Position numbers and translations under genes: made by a program
Notes under the pieces: generated by a model
What the model was told of the DNA's origin: nothing
The model's database searches: none
The model's input: the letters and a program-made list of their open reading frames with translations, nothing else
In this document: positions 47,702 to 58,689 of the stretch, in pieces
Layout of the letters: every line of letters starts with the position of its first letter
How positions within the stretch are numbered: the stretch's first letter is position 1
Source: an uncultured virus (IMG/VR IMGVR_UViG_3300009503_000024)
Taxonomy: Duplodnaviria; Heunggongvirae; Uroviricota; Caudoviricetes
IMG/VR virus record: IMGVR_UViG_3300009503_000024
Strand: one strand, 5' to 3'
DNA: 64,000 bases

Positions 47702-48189
47702 GTTTTTTGTATCTCCTGTAGCGCAATTATATATTTGTTTATTAATTCTATATCTGTCGATATATTATCATATTGCTGTTTTAAAAATACAATTTTATAA
47801 CTAACTATATATTGTCTATATTCTAATTCTGAAACTCTTGAATAATAAATATTCCATTGATTCGCACAAATGGAATATATTGTTGATTCAATACCTCTTA
47901 ATTTTTTTAATGTATCTATTGATTTTAAATCACTTATTTGTTTATCAAGTATATTTTTAATATAATTTGTATTATCAATTAATTTTTGAATTTTTGCTTG
48001 ATTTTGTCTAGCTATTTCTTTAATATTCTCTAAATTTTGTATTATTTGAGATATTTGAGATTTACTTAAATTACAATTATTTTTAAAATTTTGTATTTGT
48101 GTTTTATCATATTTTGTCTCATAACTTTCATTTTCAGCATAATTATCTATTCCTGAAGTAATATTAGCAATATCAAAAAATTTTTGCAT
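47698..48189 (-). CDS. Coiled-coil virion protein
   Basis: Within baseplate operon. Confidence 0.55.
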   Translation of the reverse strand: MQKFFDIANITSGIDNYAENESYETKYDKTQIQNFKNNCNLSKSQISQIIQNLENIKEIARQNQAKIQKLIDNTNYIKNILDKQISDLKSIDTLKKLRGIESTIYSICANQWNIYYSRVSELEYRQYIVSYKIVFLKQQYDNISTDIELINKYIIALQEIQKT

Positions 48190-48191
48190 AA

Positions 48192-48881
48192 TTAACCCTC
48201 CGCCTTACATTTACTACTGCCTTTTATAATAGATCCAGTCACAGGACATATTGGATACGTGCCATTTGGACCACTTGTAATTATATCACCATAAAATTGA
48301 TTGCCAATTTTAATACTATTACCCTTAATTGTTATATTACCTTGTTTATCAATTAAAATAATAGCATTTCCATCCGCCATATCAACTTTAATGTTTTCAT
48401 CCATTATTGCTATCGTATAATATTTATTTTTATCATCTTGCTTTTGTAAAATAATTTCTTTATCAATAGTAAAACTTATATTATCATAAGAATTTATTTT
48501 AAATTGTTTTAATTTTGCTATAAAACCTTCCATATTTAATTCAAATTCATTTAACATTGAAGAATCTACAAATTTTATAGTTCCATTATTATCCAAATAA
48601 ATATACTGTCCATAAATTCCTTGAATTTGTAATTCACCACTTTTTAAAAAATAATCACCAATTCGTTTAGTTTTATCATCTTTAATTTGCCAAATTTTTA
48701 CTATTTTAAAAATTTTATCAGATAAATTTAAATATAATACTATATCCCCAATTAATGGCATACTTTGAAAATGTATATGATTTTCTAATGATATATCATA
48801 AACAGTAAAATTATAAAGATCTTTTATTTTTATTTTATTATTTGCTTCATTTATTGCTATTATAGTTGCTAATCTAAACAT
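48192..48881 (-). CDS. Baseplate spike (gpV-like)
   Basis: MP.IGD.V OB motif, beta-helix-like repeats, C-terminal CPVTG. Confidence 0.65.
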   Translation of the reverse strand: MFRLATIIAINEANNKIKIKDLYNFTVYDISLENHIHFQSMPLIGDIVLYLNLSDKIFKIVKIWQIKDDKTKRIGDYFLKSGELQIQGIYGQYIYLDNNGTIKFVDSSMLNEFELNMEGFIAKLKQFKINSYDNISFTIDKEIILQKQDDKNKYYTIAIMDENIKVDMADGNAIILIDKQGNITIKGNSIKIGNQFYGDIITSGPNGTYPICPVTGSIIKGSSKCKAEG

Positions 48882-48887
48882 TGTTAA

Positions 48888-51719
48888 TCACCCTAACAAT
48901 TCTTTATTTATATTAATATAATCAGTATCATTTACTTCTAAATGAAATATTACACCTTTATAATCAAAAGGTTTTATATTTAAGTCATTTTCAAAAACTT
49001 TAAAACTAACATTATTTGTATAAACAACTCTATCAAAAAATATTCTAAATGTATTTAAAATAAAATTATAAAAATCTTGTGTATATATAACCTGATTTTT
49101 TATTATACCATTTTCAATAGCTAGAAAATTAGAGTTAAGATATAAAATTGAAGCTGAGTTTTGTGTTTTAGACTTTGGATCAGAATTTAAATCTATTGTT
49201 TGATTTGGTTGAGGGAATACGATATCAATCGCTCTTCCTTCTTCATGTGCTTTAAGTAAATTTGATTTTACCCCATTTTTCTCTAACTCTTTCTTACTTT
49301 GAATCATCAAAATATTACCAATTAAAAAATCAAAATTTACTATAAATTGCGGGTGTATATAAAAATAACCTTCACTATCTAAAACAAAATCATTCCATTT
49401 TTTTCTATATTTAAAATCTCTAAAATAATTATACGTTTGCTCAATATTATAAAATTTATTTTTTTTACCATTTATTGCAAAAATATTATTATATTGATCG
49501 TTTGAACTACTAGAAATTTTATTAGGTTTCAAATTATTATTATAATCTTGTAAATAAATAGGAAAAATATTTTTTAAATAAGTATCACATTCAACAATTC
49601 TATTAAACAATTTTTGCGACATTTGCGGAAAATCAATAGCTTTAAAACTAGTTTTCATACTCCATATAGATAAATTATCGGTGCCAGAATAAAGCATATA
49701 CTTAAAATTATGATACGTTACACTAATTTTATTTAATTGCTTTTTATATTGTTCGTATAATTTAGATATATTTTTAGGTATAAATGAATAAAAAGGATTA
49801 TATAAATTTAAATATAATGGTTCAGTAAATTCTATAAAAACATTATATCCAGAATTAGTTGTTATTTGTTTTTTAATTTTAAAATATCGCTGAAATTTAA
49901 CTTTAAAATCTCTAACAGCGAGACAATTATCTATAATTGCTACATTTGTATCTGTTTCTTTTGTTGATTTTTGTAATTCTTCTATTTTTTTAGCAGAATT
50001 TATAACTTTATTATCAATATAAGTAAGCTCTATAAAATCTAGTATAGTTGGGAATACTTTAAAAGCCGGAATGGTAATTGTAGAGTTAAGATTAATTTTT
50101 CTATAAAAAGAATCTAAAAAATCTTTTTTTATTTTTAAAAATTTATTTTTATCAATTTCTCTTGTTTTAATCTTTTCAAAAACACCATATCTATTATATA
50201 TAGATGCTAAATCTTCTATATTTTCTTGTGAAGGTTTAACATCAATAACATTTCTCAAATAAGAAAAAACTAAAGTTGTATCAGGATATTCATCATAATT
50301 TATTTTACGAGTATAGCTTATTAAATACCCAACCATATTATATTTTTCAATATAATACAATCTACCTATTTGAAATCTATTTGGATCATTAGGTGAAAAT
50401 TTTACTTTTATAGTTAAATTTCTAGTTATACTATTTTCTATTACATTTGTTATTGTGGCTAAAGTTGTTGCTAAATTTTCGGTTATTGCATTTGGGTTTG
50501 TATATGGTTGTTCGTTTCTAAACCCAAATTTTAATAAACCTTTAATATCAATATAAAAAGAAGGCAACCATTCAATTTCACCAACATACGGCCATATAAA
50601 CCTTGCATCTGACCTTGTCTTTATTTCTTTATTATCATATTCAAAATCTTCATAATAAATTTCATCTTCTGCAATATAATTCGGGTGTCCCTTTTTTAAT
50701 TTCCATACTTCATTTTCTAATTCTAACATATCAAAAGGTAAATAATTATATAAAGGTGGTCTTATTACCAATCTCCCGTCTAAATCTATAAAAAAGTTAT
50801 ACATAGAATTTTTTATATCAGAAAAAATAGCAGCAATATTTTTAAATGTAGGAATAAATAATTCAAAACTATTAGCAATAATTTCATTATAAACTTTATG
50901 CTCACCGTGTTCTATTTCTGCCCATATAAAAGATTCATTATCTTCATATTGCTCAAAATATAATTGTAAAACCTTAAGATATGTAAAAATAGTATTAAAA
51001 GATTTCAATTCATTAAAAATTTTATAATCAAATTCATATATTATTTTATTTGATTTATTTTCGTATTTTTTAATAGCATAAAAATAACCCGGGTTTTTAT
51101 TATCACCTGCATATATTTCATGTATTATTTGAAATAAATTTTTATTATTAAATCTATCTTGAAATAATGGTATATCTATTTTAATTGCATCCATACCTTT
51201 AACACCATATTCAGCCAATGACCAATTAGTTGCTATATTTGTAATAGTATATAAATATCCTATATTACCTATAGTTGCACTTTGAATTCTAAATTCACCA
51301 TATGATTGAGTAGTAGTTTTATAAATAACAAAACCTATAAATATAATTTTATCATTTTCTTTTATTACTATTAAATCATTTTCTTTTATATCAATTTTAT
51401 AATCTTCTTTGAATTCTATTGTCGTAGTAGATTCAATTTTATTTAAAGTAATATTAATTGTATAAGAATTTATGTATTGAGTTAGATCGATAGGCGGTTC
51501 GAGAGAAAAAGTTCGGTTAGTAATTACTTTTAAATATTGTTCAAGAAATTCCGCATATTTTTTACTATATTCTTGTCTAGATAATTTTATAAGATTACGC
51601 CAAAACATTTCTTCTCTACTATCTTCATAATCAAAAAAATTATAATTTAAAACTTTATTTACTATATCATCTTCATTTGGAAATAACGCAATTCTATATA
51701 ATTTGATATCAAATTTCAT
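48888..51719 (-). CDS. Baseplate hub with C-terminal M15-like metallopeptidase motif
   Basis: FFIDLDGRLVIRPPLYN hub motif; HEEGRAIDI...FHLEV. Confidence 0.6.
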   Translation of the reverse strand: MKFDIKLYRIALFPNEDDIVNKVLNYNFFDYEDSREEMFWRNLIKLSRQEYSKKYAEFLEQYLKVITNRTFSLEPPIDLTQYINSYTINITLNKIESTTTIEFKEDYKIDIKENDLIVIKENDKIIFIGFVIYKTTTQSYGEFRIQSATIGNIGYLYTITNIATNWSLAEYGVKGMDAIKIDIPLFQDRFNNKNLFQIIHEIYAGDNKNPGYFYAIKKYENKSNKIIYEFDYKIFNELKSFNTIFTYLKVLQLYFEQYEDNESFIWAEIEHGEHKVYNEIIANSFELFIPTFKNIAAIFSDIKNSMYNFFIDLDGRLVIRPPLYNYLPFDMLELENEVWKLKKGHPNYIAEDEIYYEDFEYDNKEIKTRSDARFIWPYVGEIEWLPSFYIDIKGLLKFGFRNEQPYTNPNAITENLATTLATITNVIENSITRNLTIKVKFSPNDPNRFQIGRLYYIEKYNMVGYLISYTRKINYDEYPDTTLVFSYLRNVIDVKPSQENIEDLASIYNRYGVFEKIKTREIDKNKFLKIKKDFLDSFYRKINLNSTITIPAFKVFPTILDFIELTYIDNKVINSAKKIEELQKSTKETDTNVAIIDNCLAVRDFKVKFQRYFKIKKQITTNSGYNVFIEFTEPLYLNLYNPFYSFIPKNISKLYEQYKKQLNKISVTYHNFKYMLYSGTDNLSIWSMKTSFKAIDFPQMSQKLFNRIVECDTYLKNIFPIYLQDYNNNLKPNKISSSSNDQYNNIFAINGKKNKFYNIEQTYNYFRDFKYRKKWNDFVLDSEGYFYIHPQFIVNFDFLIGNILMIQSKKELEKNGVKSNLLKAHEEGRAIDIVFPQPNQTIDLNSDPKSKTQNSASILYLNSNFLAIENGIIKNQVIYTQDFYNFILNTFRIFFDRVVYTNNVSFKVFENDLNIKPFDYKGVIFHLEVNDTDYININKELLG

Positions 51720-52237
51720 TGTTTGACCCCAAACAAATCATTTAAAAATCCTTCTATTCCTTCATCTTTATAAACTAATGTTATAGGCTTGCCTAAAAAA
51801 GTAAGTTCATAATCCACCATCCCTATTTTATTATCACTTTCACTAAAAGTAAAACTAGTTATTACACCTTCAAAATAATCTACGCCAATTGGACAATTTA
51901 AAATTTTAAGTCTTATTTTATAACGTCCTATTTCAAAATCTTGACTTTCAAAAAATTTATCAACATAAAATTTATATAATTTTTTTATATTTTCATCAAA
52001 ATTTAACATTGGTGATAAAATAAGAAAGGGGTTTACATAAGAATCACCTTTTATTATAAAATTTATTAAAGAACTATACCATTGTAATGTATCAGCTTTT
52101 TTTAATCCACTAAAACTTGCGCCACTAGGTTTCACATCATACGCTATTGATTTAATAAACAATTTTAATTTATTAACAACTTCATTTGTATCAGTATCAT
52201 ATATTTCTATTATTATATCTCTATCTTTTAATAACAT
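51716..52237 (-). CDS. Tail/baseplate protein (tube initiator-like)
   Basis: FEGVITSFTFSES.....DYELTF; follows tape measure. Confidence 0.55.
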   Translation of the reverse strand: MLLKDRDIIIEIYDTDTNEVVNKLKLFIKSIAYDVKPSGASFSGLKKADTLQWYSSLINFIIKGDSYVNPFLILSPMLNFDENIKKLYKFYVDKFFESQDFEIGRYKIRLKILNCPIGVDYFEGVITSFTFSESDNKIGMVDYELTFLGKPITLVYKDEGIEGFLNDLFGVKQ

Positions 52238-52251
52238 AAATTAATCTCCTT

Positions 52252-54024
52252 TTATGCATTAACCATAATTTTTGTCATAGTTGGTGTATTAATATCATTT
52301 ATTAATTTTTGCCCTGATATTGCATTTAATAATTGCATTGTTTCTCTTTTTTCTCTTTCACCAACTTTTGCAATTATCATAAGATAAGATACTATTTTAG
52401 CTAGAATAGAAAATAAAGTAGTGCTTAAACGCATAATTGTATCCAATAATCTTGCTTGTGGATCTTTTATTGCAACATATTCAGCTCCTAAACGAGCAAT
52501 TTGTTCTGTCAATCCTTGTTGCTTTAATGCTTCAACTAAATTTTCATAATTTTTTATATTAGATGTATCAATTTTTAAAATAGCTTTTGATATTTCAACA
52601 CCCATTGCACCCAAATTACGAAATTCAGGTAAAGCAAAAGCTAACCCTACTGCTCTTTTTTCAGGTGTAGTTCCTAATTGTGATGCTAATTCTTGTGAAT
52701 ATCTTATAAATGCTGTAAAAGGACCAGTTCGTAATGCTTCCATATATTTATCTAATACATCACCGGGGCCACGCATTATAGCCATATATTTTATTATATC
52801 AAATTGACTTACAAGTTTTCCTAATGCTTCATATGTAGCAATTATTTCTTGAGGGTTTTTAGTTGCTTCTTTTATCAATTGACCAAATTTAATCATAGGA
52901 TCTATTGATTGTCTTATATCTTGACCAGTCATAAAAGCTCTTTGCCCGATTTCAACCATAAATTTTAACAATGGATCTGCGCCAATTTGTAATGACGAAC
53001 CAGCAATATATAAAGCACTAAAAATTTCATTAGATTGAATTTCAATATTAGTTCTAAATAAAGTCATCATTTCTAACATTTCTTTAAAAGCATCGTCAGT
53101 TCCAAAAATCGCAGATGCTAAATATTTTGTATGTAGCATATTACTTATAGCAGCTTTTCTTATATTATTTTGCGCTTCTATCATTGTTAAACCAGCATTT
53201 TGTTGAGCCATAGCCATTTGAGTTAATCCTAAACCACCAGCTTCAATAAATTTATTAAAAGTTTCTTGTGATTCTGATAAAGTCATATATGCTTGCGCTT
53301 GTCTCATTAATTCTAATCTAAAATTAGATGCTTCACCAATAGTTTCTACAAACCCACGTCCTATATAACCACCGGTTCTTAACATTAATTGCTGTTGCTT
53401 TTCAAAAGATTCAGCATAAGTATCTAAAATAAGAGAAATAGTTGCTAACACGCCAGCAAATATACCAGCATTAGAAATAATTTTAGTTAAAGTATCAGAT
53501 ACTTTTGAACTAGTACCAAAAGTAGATTGAACAAATTCTTTAAGAGTTGATTGTAATTTTTCACCACGAGCCATCATCATTGCAATAAAACCTTTTTCGG
53601 ACGCTTCCATTATTTTAATTTTACTTTTTTCCATTTCTAATTCAAATTCATTCTTTCTTATATGAGCTTTAAGTAATGCATCATCAAATTCTTTACTTTT
53701 CCCTAACATTTCTTTTAATTGTTTTAATCTTTCAACATAAGCTTTTCTTTCTTCATATGTCATACTTTCAACAAAACTTTCATTTTCACTTAAAAATACT
53801 TCAAAATTTTTACGTAAATCTTGTGTAAATATTTCTGTTGAAAGCCCCATTTTATTAAGTGCATCAACAAGAGTGTTCGATTCTTCACCAGAAACTTTTG
53901 CTGCTTTACCAAACTCTACTAACGCATTAACTATTGTCTTAATATCACCAATATTTTCTTTTAAAGCAGCTGTTAATTGTGTTTTATACGTTAGTTCTTC
54001 TGGCGTAGGTTTATCTGGCATCAT
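52252..54024 (-). CDS. Tape measure protein (short, 590 aa)
   Basis: Ala/Met/Gln-rich helical protein with hydrophobic segments, downstream of tail chaperone. Confidence 0.75.
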   Translation of the reverse strand: MMPDKPTPEELTYKTQLTAALKENIGDIKTIVNALVEFGKAAKVSGEESNTLVDALNKMGLSTEIFTQDLRKNFEVFLSENESFVESMTYEERKAYVERLKQLKEMLGKSKEFDDALLKAHIRKNEFELEMEKSKIKIMEASEKGFIAMMMARGEKLQSTLKEFVQSTFGTSSKVSDTLTKIISNAGIFAGVLATISLILDTYAESFEKQQQLMLRTGGYIGRGFVETIGEASNFRLELMRQAQAYMTLSESQETFNKFIEAGGLGLTQMAMAQQNAGLTMIEAQNNIRKAAISNMLHTKYLASAIFGTDDAFKEMLEMMTLFRTNIEIQSNEIFSALYIAGSSLQIGADPLLKFMVEIGQRAFMTGQDIRQSIDPMIKFGQLIKEATKNPQEIIATYEALGKLVSQFDIIKYMAIMRGPGDVLDKYMEALRTGPFTAFIRYSQELASQLGTTPEKRAVGLAFALPEFRNLGAMGVEISKAILKIDTSNIKNYENLVEALKQQGLTEQIARLGAEYVAIKDPQARLLDTIMRLSTTLFSILAKIVSYLMIIAKVGEREKRETMQLLNAISGQKLINDINTPTMTKIMVNA

Positions 54025-54256
54025 TCATCTCCTTAATAGAATCCAATAATTCACCTAAATCTTTTATACCCGTACTTATTGTATTAACACCTTCTATTCT
54101 TTCTAAACTTTTTTGTTCTAATTCAGCATCTTCTTTTATATTATCTAAAATCCAATTTATTTGAAAATCAGTTAATTTTTTGAAGTTTTCATCACTTGGC
54201 AAAATATGTAAAGTTTTACATATTGCCCATAAAGCTCTACTATAATTCTTTTCTAT
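54011..54256 (-). CDS. Tail assembly chaperone -1 frameshift extension (gpGT-like)
   Basis: -1 frame open from A14 run: IEKNYSRALWAICKTLHILPSDENF...; no own ATG/RBS. Confidence 0.75.
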   Translation of the reverse strand: MEKNYSRALWAICKTLHILPSDENFKKLTDFQINWILDNIKEDAELEQKSLERIEGVNTISTGIKDLGELLDSIKEMNDAR

Positions 54257-54681
54257 TTTTTTTTTTTTTCGAACTTATCATAAATTGAAATATTATATTT
54301 ATCATATTCTAAATGTAATGCTTTTAAAACATGTTCTGGTAATGATTTTAATACTTCTTCAAGTTTTAATTTATCATCTATTGCTATTTCTTTTTTATCG
54401 TCTATTGTAATTTTAACAATAGCAAAAGCTAATCTTAATGGTCTAATAGCATCGTTATAAAGTGGTATATTTGTATAATCTATACCTCTTTCTAACATAA
54501 TTTTATTAATTTTTGCTAAATCATCTGAATTTAAACATTTCATAACAATTTTAATTTCATGACCTTCATTTTTAATCGTTACCGGAAATGTATCTTCACC
54601 CACAATAAGATTTTTCAATTCCGAAAGTCCAAGCACTTCATTCGTTTCATTTTTAATTTCCATTTTTTCTCCTCCTTTCAA
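54253..54681 (-). CDS. Tail assembly chaperone (gpG-like)
   Basis: Between tube genes and tape measure; ends GAA AAA AAA AAA AAA TAG. Confidence 0.8.
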   Translation of the reverse strand: MKGGEKMEIKNETNEVLGLSELKNLIVGEDTFPVTIKNEGHEIKIVMKCLNSDDLAKINKIMLERGIDYTNIPLYNDAIRPLRLAFAIVKITIDDKKEIAIDDKLKLEEVLKSLPEHVLKALHLEYDKYNISIYDKFEKKKK

Positions 54682-55307
54682 AGTTTTATATTAATATTAT
54701 CAATAATAAAATTAGAAACAGCTACACTTGTTTTATAAAAACTTTGTGTAAACTCTAAAGCTTCTGAAATATCAATATTATCATCTTTATTAATCATAGC
54801 ACCAACAGTAACGCTTAAATCTTTCGTTACCAAACAATTATCCGAACTTAAATCTAATGTTATCTTTTCATCATTAAACCAACAATCTAACCATAATGTT
54901 GTATCTTTAATTTTATTTTCAGGAGTTATTGTTGTTTCTTGTATAATAAACGGAAAAAATTGTTTTATAAACCCATTTTTTTCTACTTGTATATATTTAT
55001 CTAATTCATTATTATTTTTATAAAAAACAACTTTATCTAAACTCAAATCATATGATAATTGAACTGGCACATTTTGATATACTTCAAATTTTCCCATTTT
55101 ACGTCTTGATTCAATTGTTTTTGTTATAGTTTTTGCAACTTTAGTTATACCAGCAATTAAATTATCATATTGAATTGATGTAAATAATGTTCCTAAAAAA
55201 GCATCACTATTAGGTATTTGCGGATAAATAAAAGCCTTAAAACTATGCGATTGCACAAGTTCAGCTTTAGTATAAGGAATTTTAATTTTATCATTTACCA
55301 TATTCAA
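54678..55307 (-). CDS. Tail tube-like protein 2
   Basis: Distant similarity to 55328-55852 (WF motif, Q..P.II); position. Confidence 0.55.
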   Translation of the reverse strand: MNMVNDKIKIPYTKAELVQSHSFKAFIYPQIPNSDAFLGTLFTSIQYDNLIAGITKVAKTITKTIESRRKMGKFEVYQNVPVQLSYDLSLDKVVFYKNNNELDKYIQVEKNGFIKQFFPFIIQETTITPENKIKDTTLWLDCWFNDEKITLDLSSDNCLVTKDLSVTVGAMINKDDNIDISEALEFTQSFYKTSVAVSNFIIDNINIKL

Positions 55308-55327
55308 CTCTATAATTTTTATAAAAT

Positions 55328-55852
55328 TTATTTTTCGCCTGGAATAACAATTGAAGCTTTTGCATTAACATCATAAGCAATAAGCATATCATCTGGATCT
55401 GCTTCAAAATTAAGAACGTTATTTTGAAACCATACACCAGCGAATGTAAGAACTTTTTTTGGTAATGTCCCCGGTGCTTTTAAAACTGCTTGAATTATTG
55501 CTGGTTTATCTTGATACATAATATCAGTTGGATCCCAACCAAATTGCTCTTGAAAAGTATTTCTATAAAATACTATTACATTAAATTTAAGTTCATAATC
55601 ACCTAAACTTGGATAAGTTTCTTTTATCTTACCATTTTCATTTTCTCCAAATACTCTATAATATTTAATATCTCTTCTATTATTTGTATAAGAAAACTCT
55701 GATACACCACCAATTTCTTTTAATGGCGTTGTTAAAATTTCTGCTGCACTAAGCTCTTTTGTCCCATCATAAATTGCACCATATAAAGCAATATACGGTT
55801 TTAATCTATTTTTCGTTTCTGGAATTGTAATTGTTTTTTTAGGTTCAACCAT
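55328..55852 (-). CDS. Tail tube protein
   Basis: Directly downstream of sheath; size and beta-rich pattern. Confidence 0.7.
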   Translation of the reverse strand: MVEPKKTITIPETKNRLKPYIALYGAIYDGTKELSAAEILTTPLKEIGGVSEFSYTNNRRDIKYYRVFGENENGKIKETYPSLGDYELKFNVIVFYRNTFQEQFGWDPTDIMYQDKPAIIQAVLKAPGTLPKKVLTFAGVWFQNNVLNFEADPDDMLIAYDVNAKASIVIPGEK

Positions 55853-55875
55853 TTTGTATTACCTCCTATTTTATT

Positions 55876-57753
55876 TTATATATGCGCACCAAATTGCACA
55901 TATACCCAGTTTATATCAAAAGTTGGTTTAAACTCAAAAGATATATTTAATTGTCTTGGATCATTACCATCAAAACCAATAGATAAATTTCTATAAGACG
56001 CAATTTCAGTTAAATCAACTTTATTATTAAGTATCATTCTTACTAACGAATCTGCTCTAGCTATTGCTATATCAAGAGCTCTTGTATTAACTAACGCATT
56101 TTGTAATATATTTCTTAATGATTTTTTTATTGAATCTTTTTGCTTAACAACTTTTAATTCTACTTTAATAATATCAGTTGAATTTGTTGATAAAAAATGA
56201 ATTATTTTATAATCAACACCTTGCTTTTCAATTAAAATACCACCATTTTGACCTATCAATCTTTCTTCATAGTTATTATAATTATTATAAATCATTTTAA
56301 ACCCTTGAACAGATTTACCAGATATAGGTTCACCTGCATCATAATTTGGATTGCAAATTATACCACTTATCGCAGCTGCAATATATTCAGCACCATAAAT
56401 ATTATCATCATCATCAGACGCATATAAATTTGTTATTACTCCAATTCTTTCATCATTTATACCATTAAGTAATTCAATTATATTTTGCGTTTTAAGATTT
56501 ACTTTTACACCAAATAAAGCCATTCTTTCTTCATTACTAGCTGTTGAATTTACATCAAATAAATAATTTTTAATATAACTAAGTAAAGATTCATTTTTAT
56601 CGAAAGAATAAAGTGGAACTAAACACCAGCCTTGAATCCCATCAACTTTATTTTTTGTTTTTTCAATTGCACCACGCCAATTATTATCATCAACTATATC
56701 ATCTGGTACTTGTGAAATAACAAACGCTTGCGCTCCATTTAAATTAGCAAAATAAGCTGCGTTTGAAGTTTGATAATAACCAATATCTGTTATTTTATAA
56801 GTAGAAGTTGAATTTGGAATATTATCCCAAATTGGTGCTATTTTTAATTCAGTTTCTGACGTTACCTCAACAATAACTCTTATTTGACCTTTACCAATTC
56901 CATCTGTTATTTTAATATAATTTCCTGGGGCTACACCATTTGTTATAAAAGTAGCATTAGTATCAATAAACGTAGCTAGTAATTCACCAGATGGATTTGT
57001 TGCAGTAATACCCGTTGGAGTGATTTGTTCAAAAATAGTTTTTGGTAATCCTTTTGCACCTTGATCTGCATAAACATCTTCTAATCTTGTAAAATAAGTT
57101 TGTTTATATTCAGTTAATTTTTTAATTCTTTTATATGCTAATGTATAAGTTTTATTTGCATCTGGTTCTTTACTTTCAACTATCTGCCCTTGTATAAAAC
57201 CAAGAGTTGATAAAGCAGAACCACCTTCAATAACAATTTTATTTGCTGTAAGTTTTACATATCCAGAACCATTATCAGAAGCAATACCTGGAAATGTATT
57301 ATTAATATCACTAGCAATATTTACAACGGTTCTATTATTACCAGCAGTTAAAGTTATTGTTGCTGATATGCCATTTATATTTAATTTTATAGTATCATTA
57401 ACATTTTCAACTATATTAAAATTTTCTTTTGCTGTTCCAACTATTGATTGTGGAACATTCCAATCTATTTCCCATTTATTCTCAGTTCTTTTTAATTTAA
57501 AATCAACATTTTGTATATAAACAATGTTATTGCTATCAACTAAACTATGAATCAATATAACAATTTCATCATTATCACTTATCACATCAGTTCCATCAGC
57601 TGTATTACCTCTTGTCATAGTTTTAAATACATCAAGTTCTTTTCTACCAAGGCCAACAAATAAAGGCAAAAAATCACCACCACCAGTTAATGGGGCTGGT
57701 ACATCTGTAATCTTAAAATAAGTTCCTGGTTTTAAATAAAATGGTGCAAACAT
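55876..57753 (-). CDS. Contractile tail sheath protein
   Basis: N-terminal PGTY, AAAISG, C-terminal DPRQLNISFEFKPTFDINWVYV. Confidence 0.88.
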   Translation of the reverse strand: MFAPFYLKPGTYFKITDVPAPLTGGGDFLPLFVGLGRKELDVFKTMTRGNTADGTDVISDNDEIVILIHSLVDSNNIVYIQNVDFKLKRTENKWEIDWNVPQSIVGTAKENFNIVENVNDTIKLNINGISATITLTAGNNRTVVNIASDINNTFPGIASDNGSGYVKLTANKIVIEGGSALSTLGFIQGQIVESKEPDANKTYTLAYKRIKKLTEYKQTYFTRLEDVYADQGAKGLPKTIFEQITPTGITATNPSGELLATFIDTNATFITNGVAPGNYIKITDGIGKGQIRVIVEVTSETELKIAPIWDNIPNSTSTYKITDIGYYQTSNAAYFANLNGAQAFVISQVPDDIVDDNNWRGAIEKTKNKVDGIQGWCLVPLYSFDKNESLLSYIKNYLFDVNSTASNEERMALFGVKVNLKTQNIIELLNGINDERIGVITNLYASDDDDNIYGAEYIAAAISGIICNPNYDAGEPISGKSVQGFKMIYNNYNNYEERLIGQNGGILIEKQGVDYKIIHFLSTNSTDIIKVELKVVKQKDSIKKSLRNILQNALVNTRALDIAIARADSLVRMILNNKVDLTEIASYRNLSIGFDGNDPRQLNISFEFKPTFDINWVYVQFGAHI

Positions 57754-57757
57754 TTAT

Positions 57758-58012
57758 TTACCTCCTATGTTTTTTGTTTTTCTCTTCATCTAAAAAATTT
57801 AATTCATTATCTATATTAACTTTCTCATTTTTTTTGTTTTCTTTTTCAATATATTTTTCAACTTTAACAAATCCCTTTTCAGCAAGCTCTTTTATTTCCT
57901 TATCAGGATTTTCAACAATAATAAAACTCGATATTGTTTTATCTTTATAACTAATAATACCATTTATTAAATTTTTTACTAAATATTTCATTCTAACCTC
58001 CATAACTATCAA
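57758..58012 (-). CDS. Small hypothetical protein
   Basis: Likely start MKYLVKN after GGAGG. Confidence 0.6.
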   Translation of the reverse strand: MIVMEVRMKYLVKNLINGIISYKDKTISSFIIVENPDKEIKELAEKGFVKVEKYIEKENKKNEKVNIDNELNFLDEEKNKKHRR

Positions 58013-58637
58013 AATTTATATTTATTTTTTGTATTTTTTCTACTAAACTTGCAGGTATAAAATTAGTAAAATCACTTGTCACTTTTGTTGTTATTACATT
58101 TTTATAAATTCTACCTAAATCAGATTCTTCCATTGATTCACCACTTATTTTTAAAGTCGAATAAGCTAAATTTCTTTCTTGAAATTTTTCTCTAAATACA
58201 TATCGCATAAGTATTAAAACTATATCCGTAAGTTTTTCCATGTCTACTATATTTTGTGTATAAATAGCAATTTCAACATTCAATGTTAAAACACCACCAT
58301 ACATATAACCATTTTCATTTTGTTCTAAATTTTCAAATAATATTTCATCACTTATATAAGTAAAACTACCATCACCATCATTTGTGCTTACTACTATCAT
58401 TGGTAATTTCATTACTCTTTGAGGAAAATTTTTATATATTTGTATTTGACTATTTTGCATATTTGGATCATATCTAAATTCAGTTGGTATATTTTCATCA
58501 GCAAAAGCAGCTCTTAAAGCACTTACAAAAGCATTTTTAATACCATGTAAATAAAAATAATGTAAACCTAAAATTGTTTCAGGTTTTTTACCTGCTTGCT
58601 GTGGTGTTTCTAAAGTTTCTTTATTATCAATATACAT
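57993..58637 (-). CDS. Tail terminator/neck protein
   Basis: FPQR..KLPMIVV motif; position before sheath. Confidence 0.6.
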   Translation of the reverse strand: MYIDNKETLETPQQAGKKPETILGLHYFYLHGIKNAFVSALRAAFADENIPTEFRYDPNMQNSQIQIYKNFPQRVMKLPMIVVSTNDGDGSFTYISDEILFENLEQNENGYMYGGVLTLNVEIAIYTQNIVDMEKLTDIVLILMRYVFREKFQERNLAYSTLKISGESMEESDLGRIYKNVITTKVTSDFTNFIPASLVEKIQKININFDSYGG

Positions 58638-58665
58638 TTTCCACCTTTCATATTATTTATTTATT

Positions 58666-58683
58666 AAATAATAAAAAATAACT
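58666..58683 (-). promoter_or_regulatory. Late-type promoter-like motif (class 3)
   Basis: AGTTATTTTT-TAT-TATTT-AATAAATA. Confidence 0.7.
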
Positions 58684-58689
58684 ATGTCT

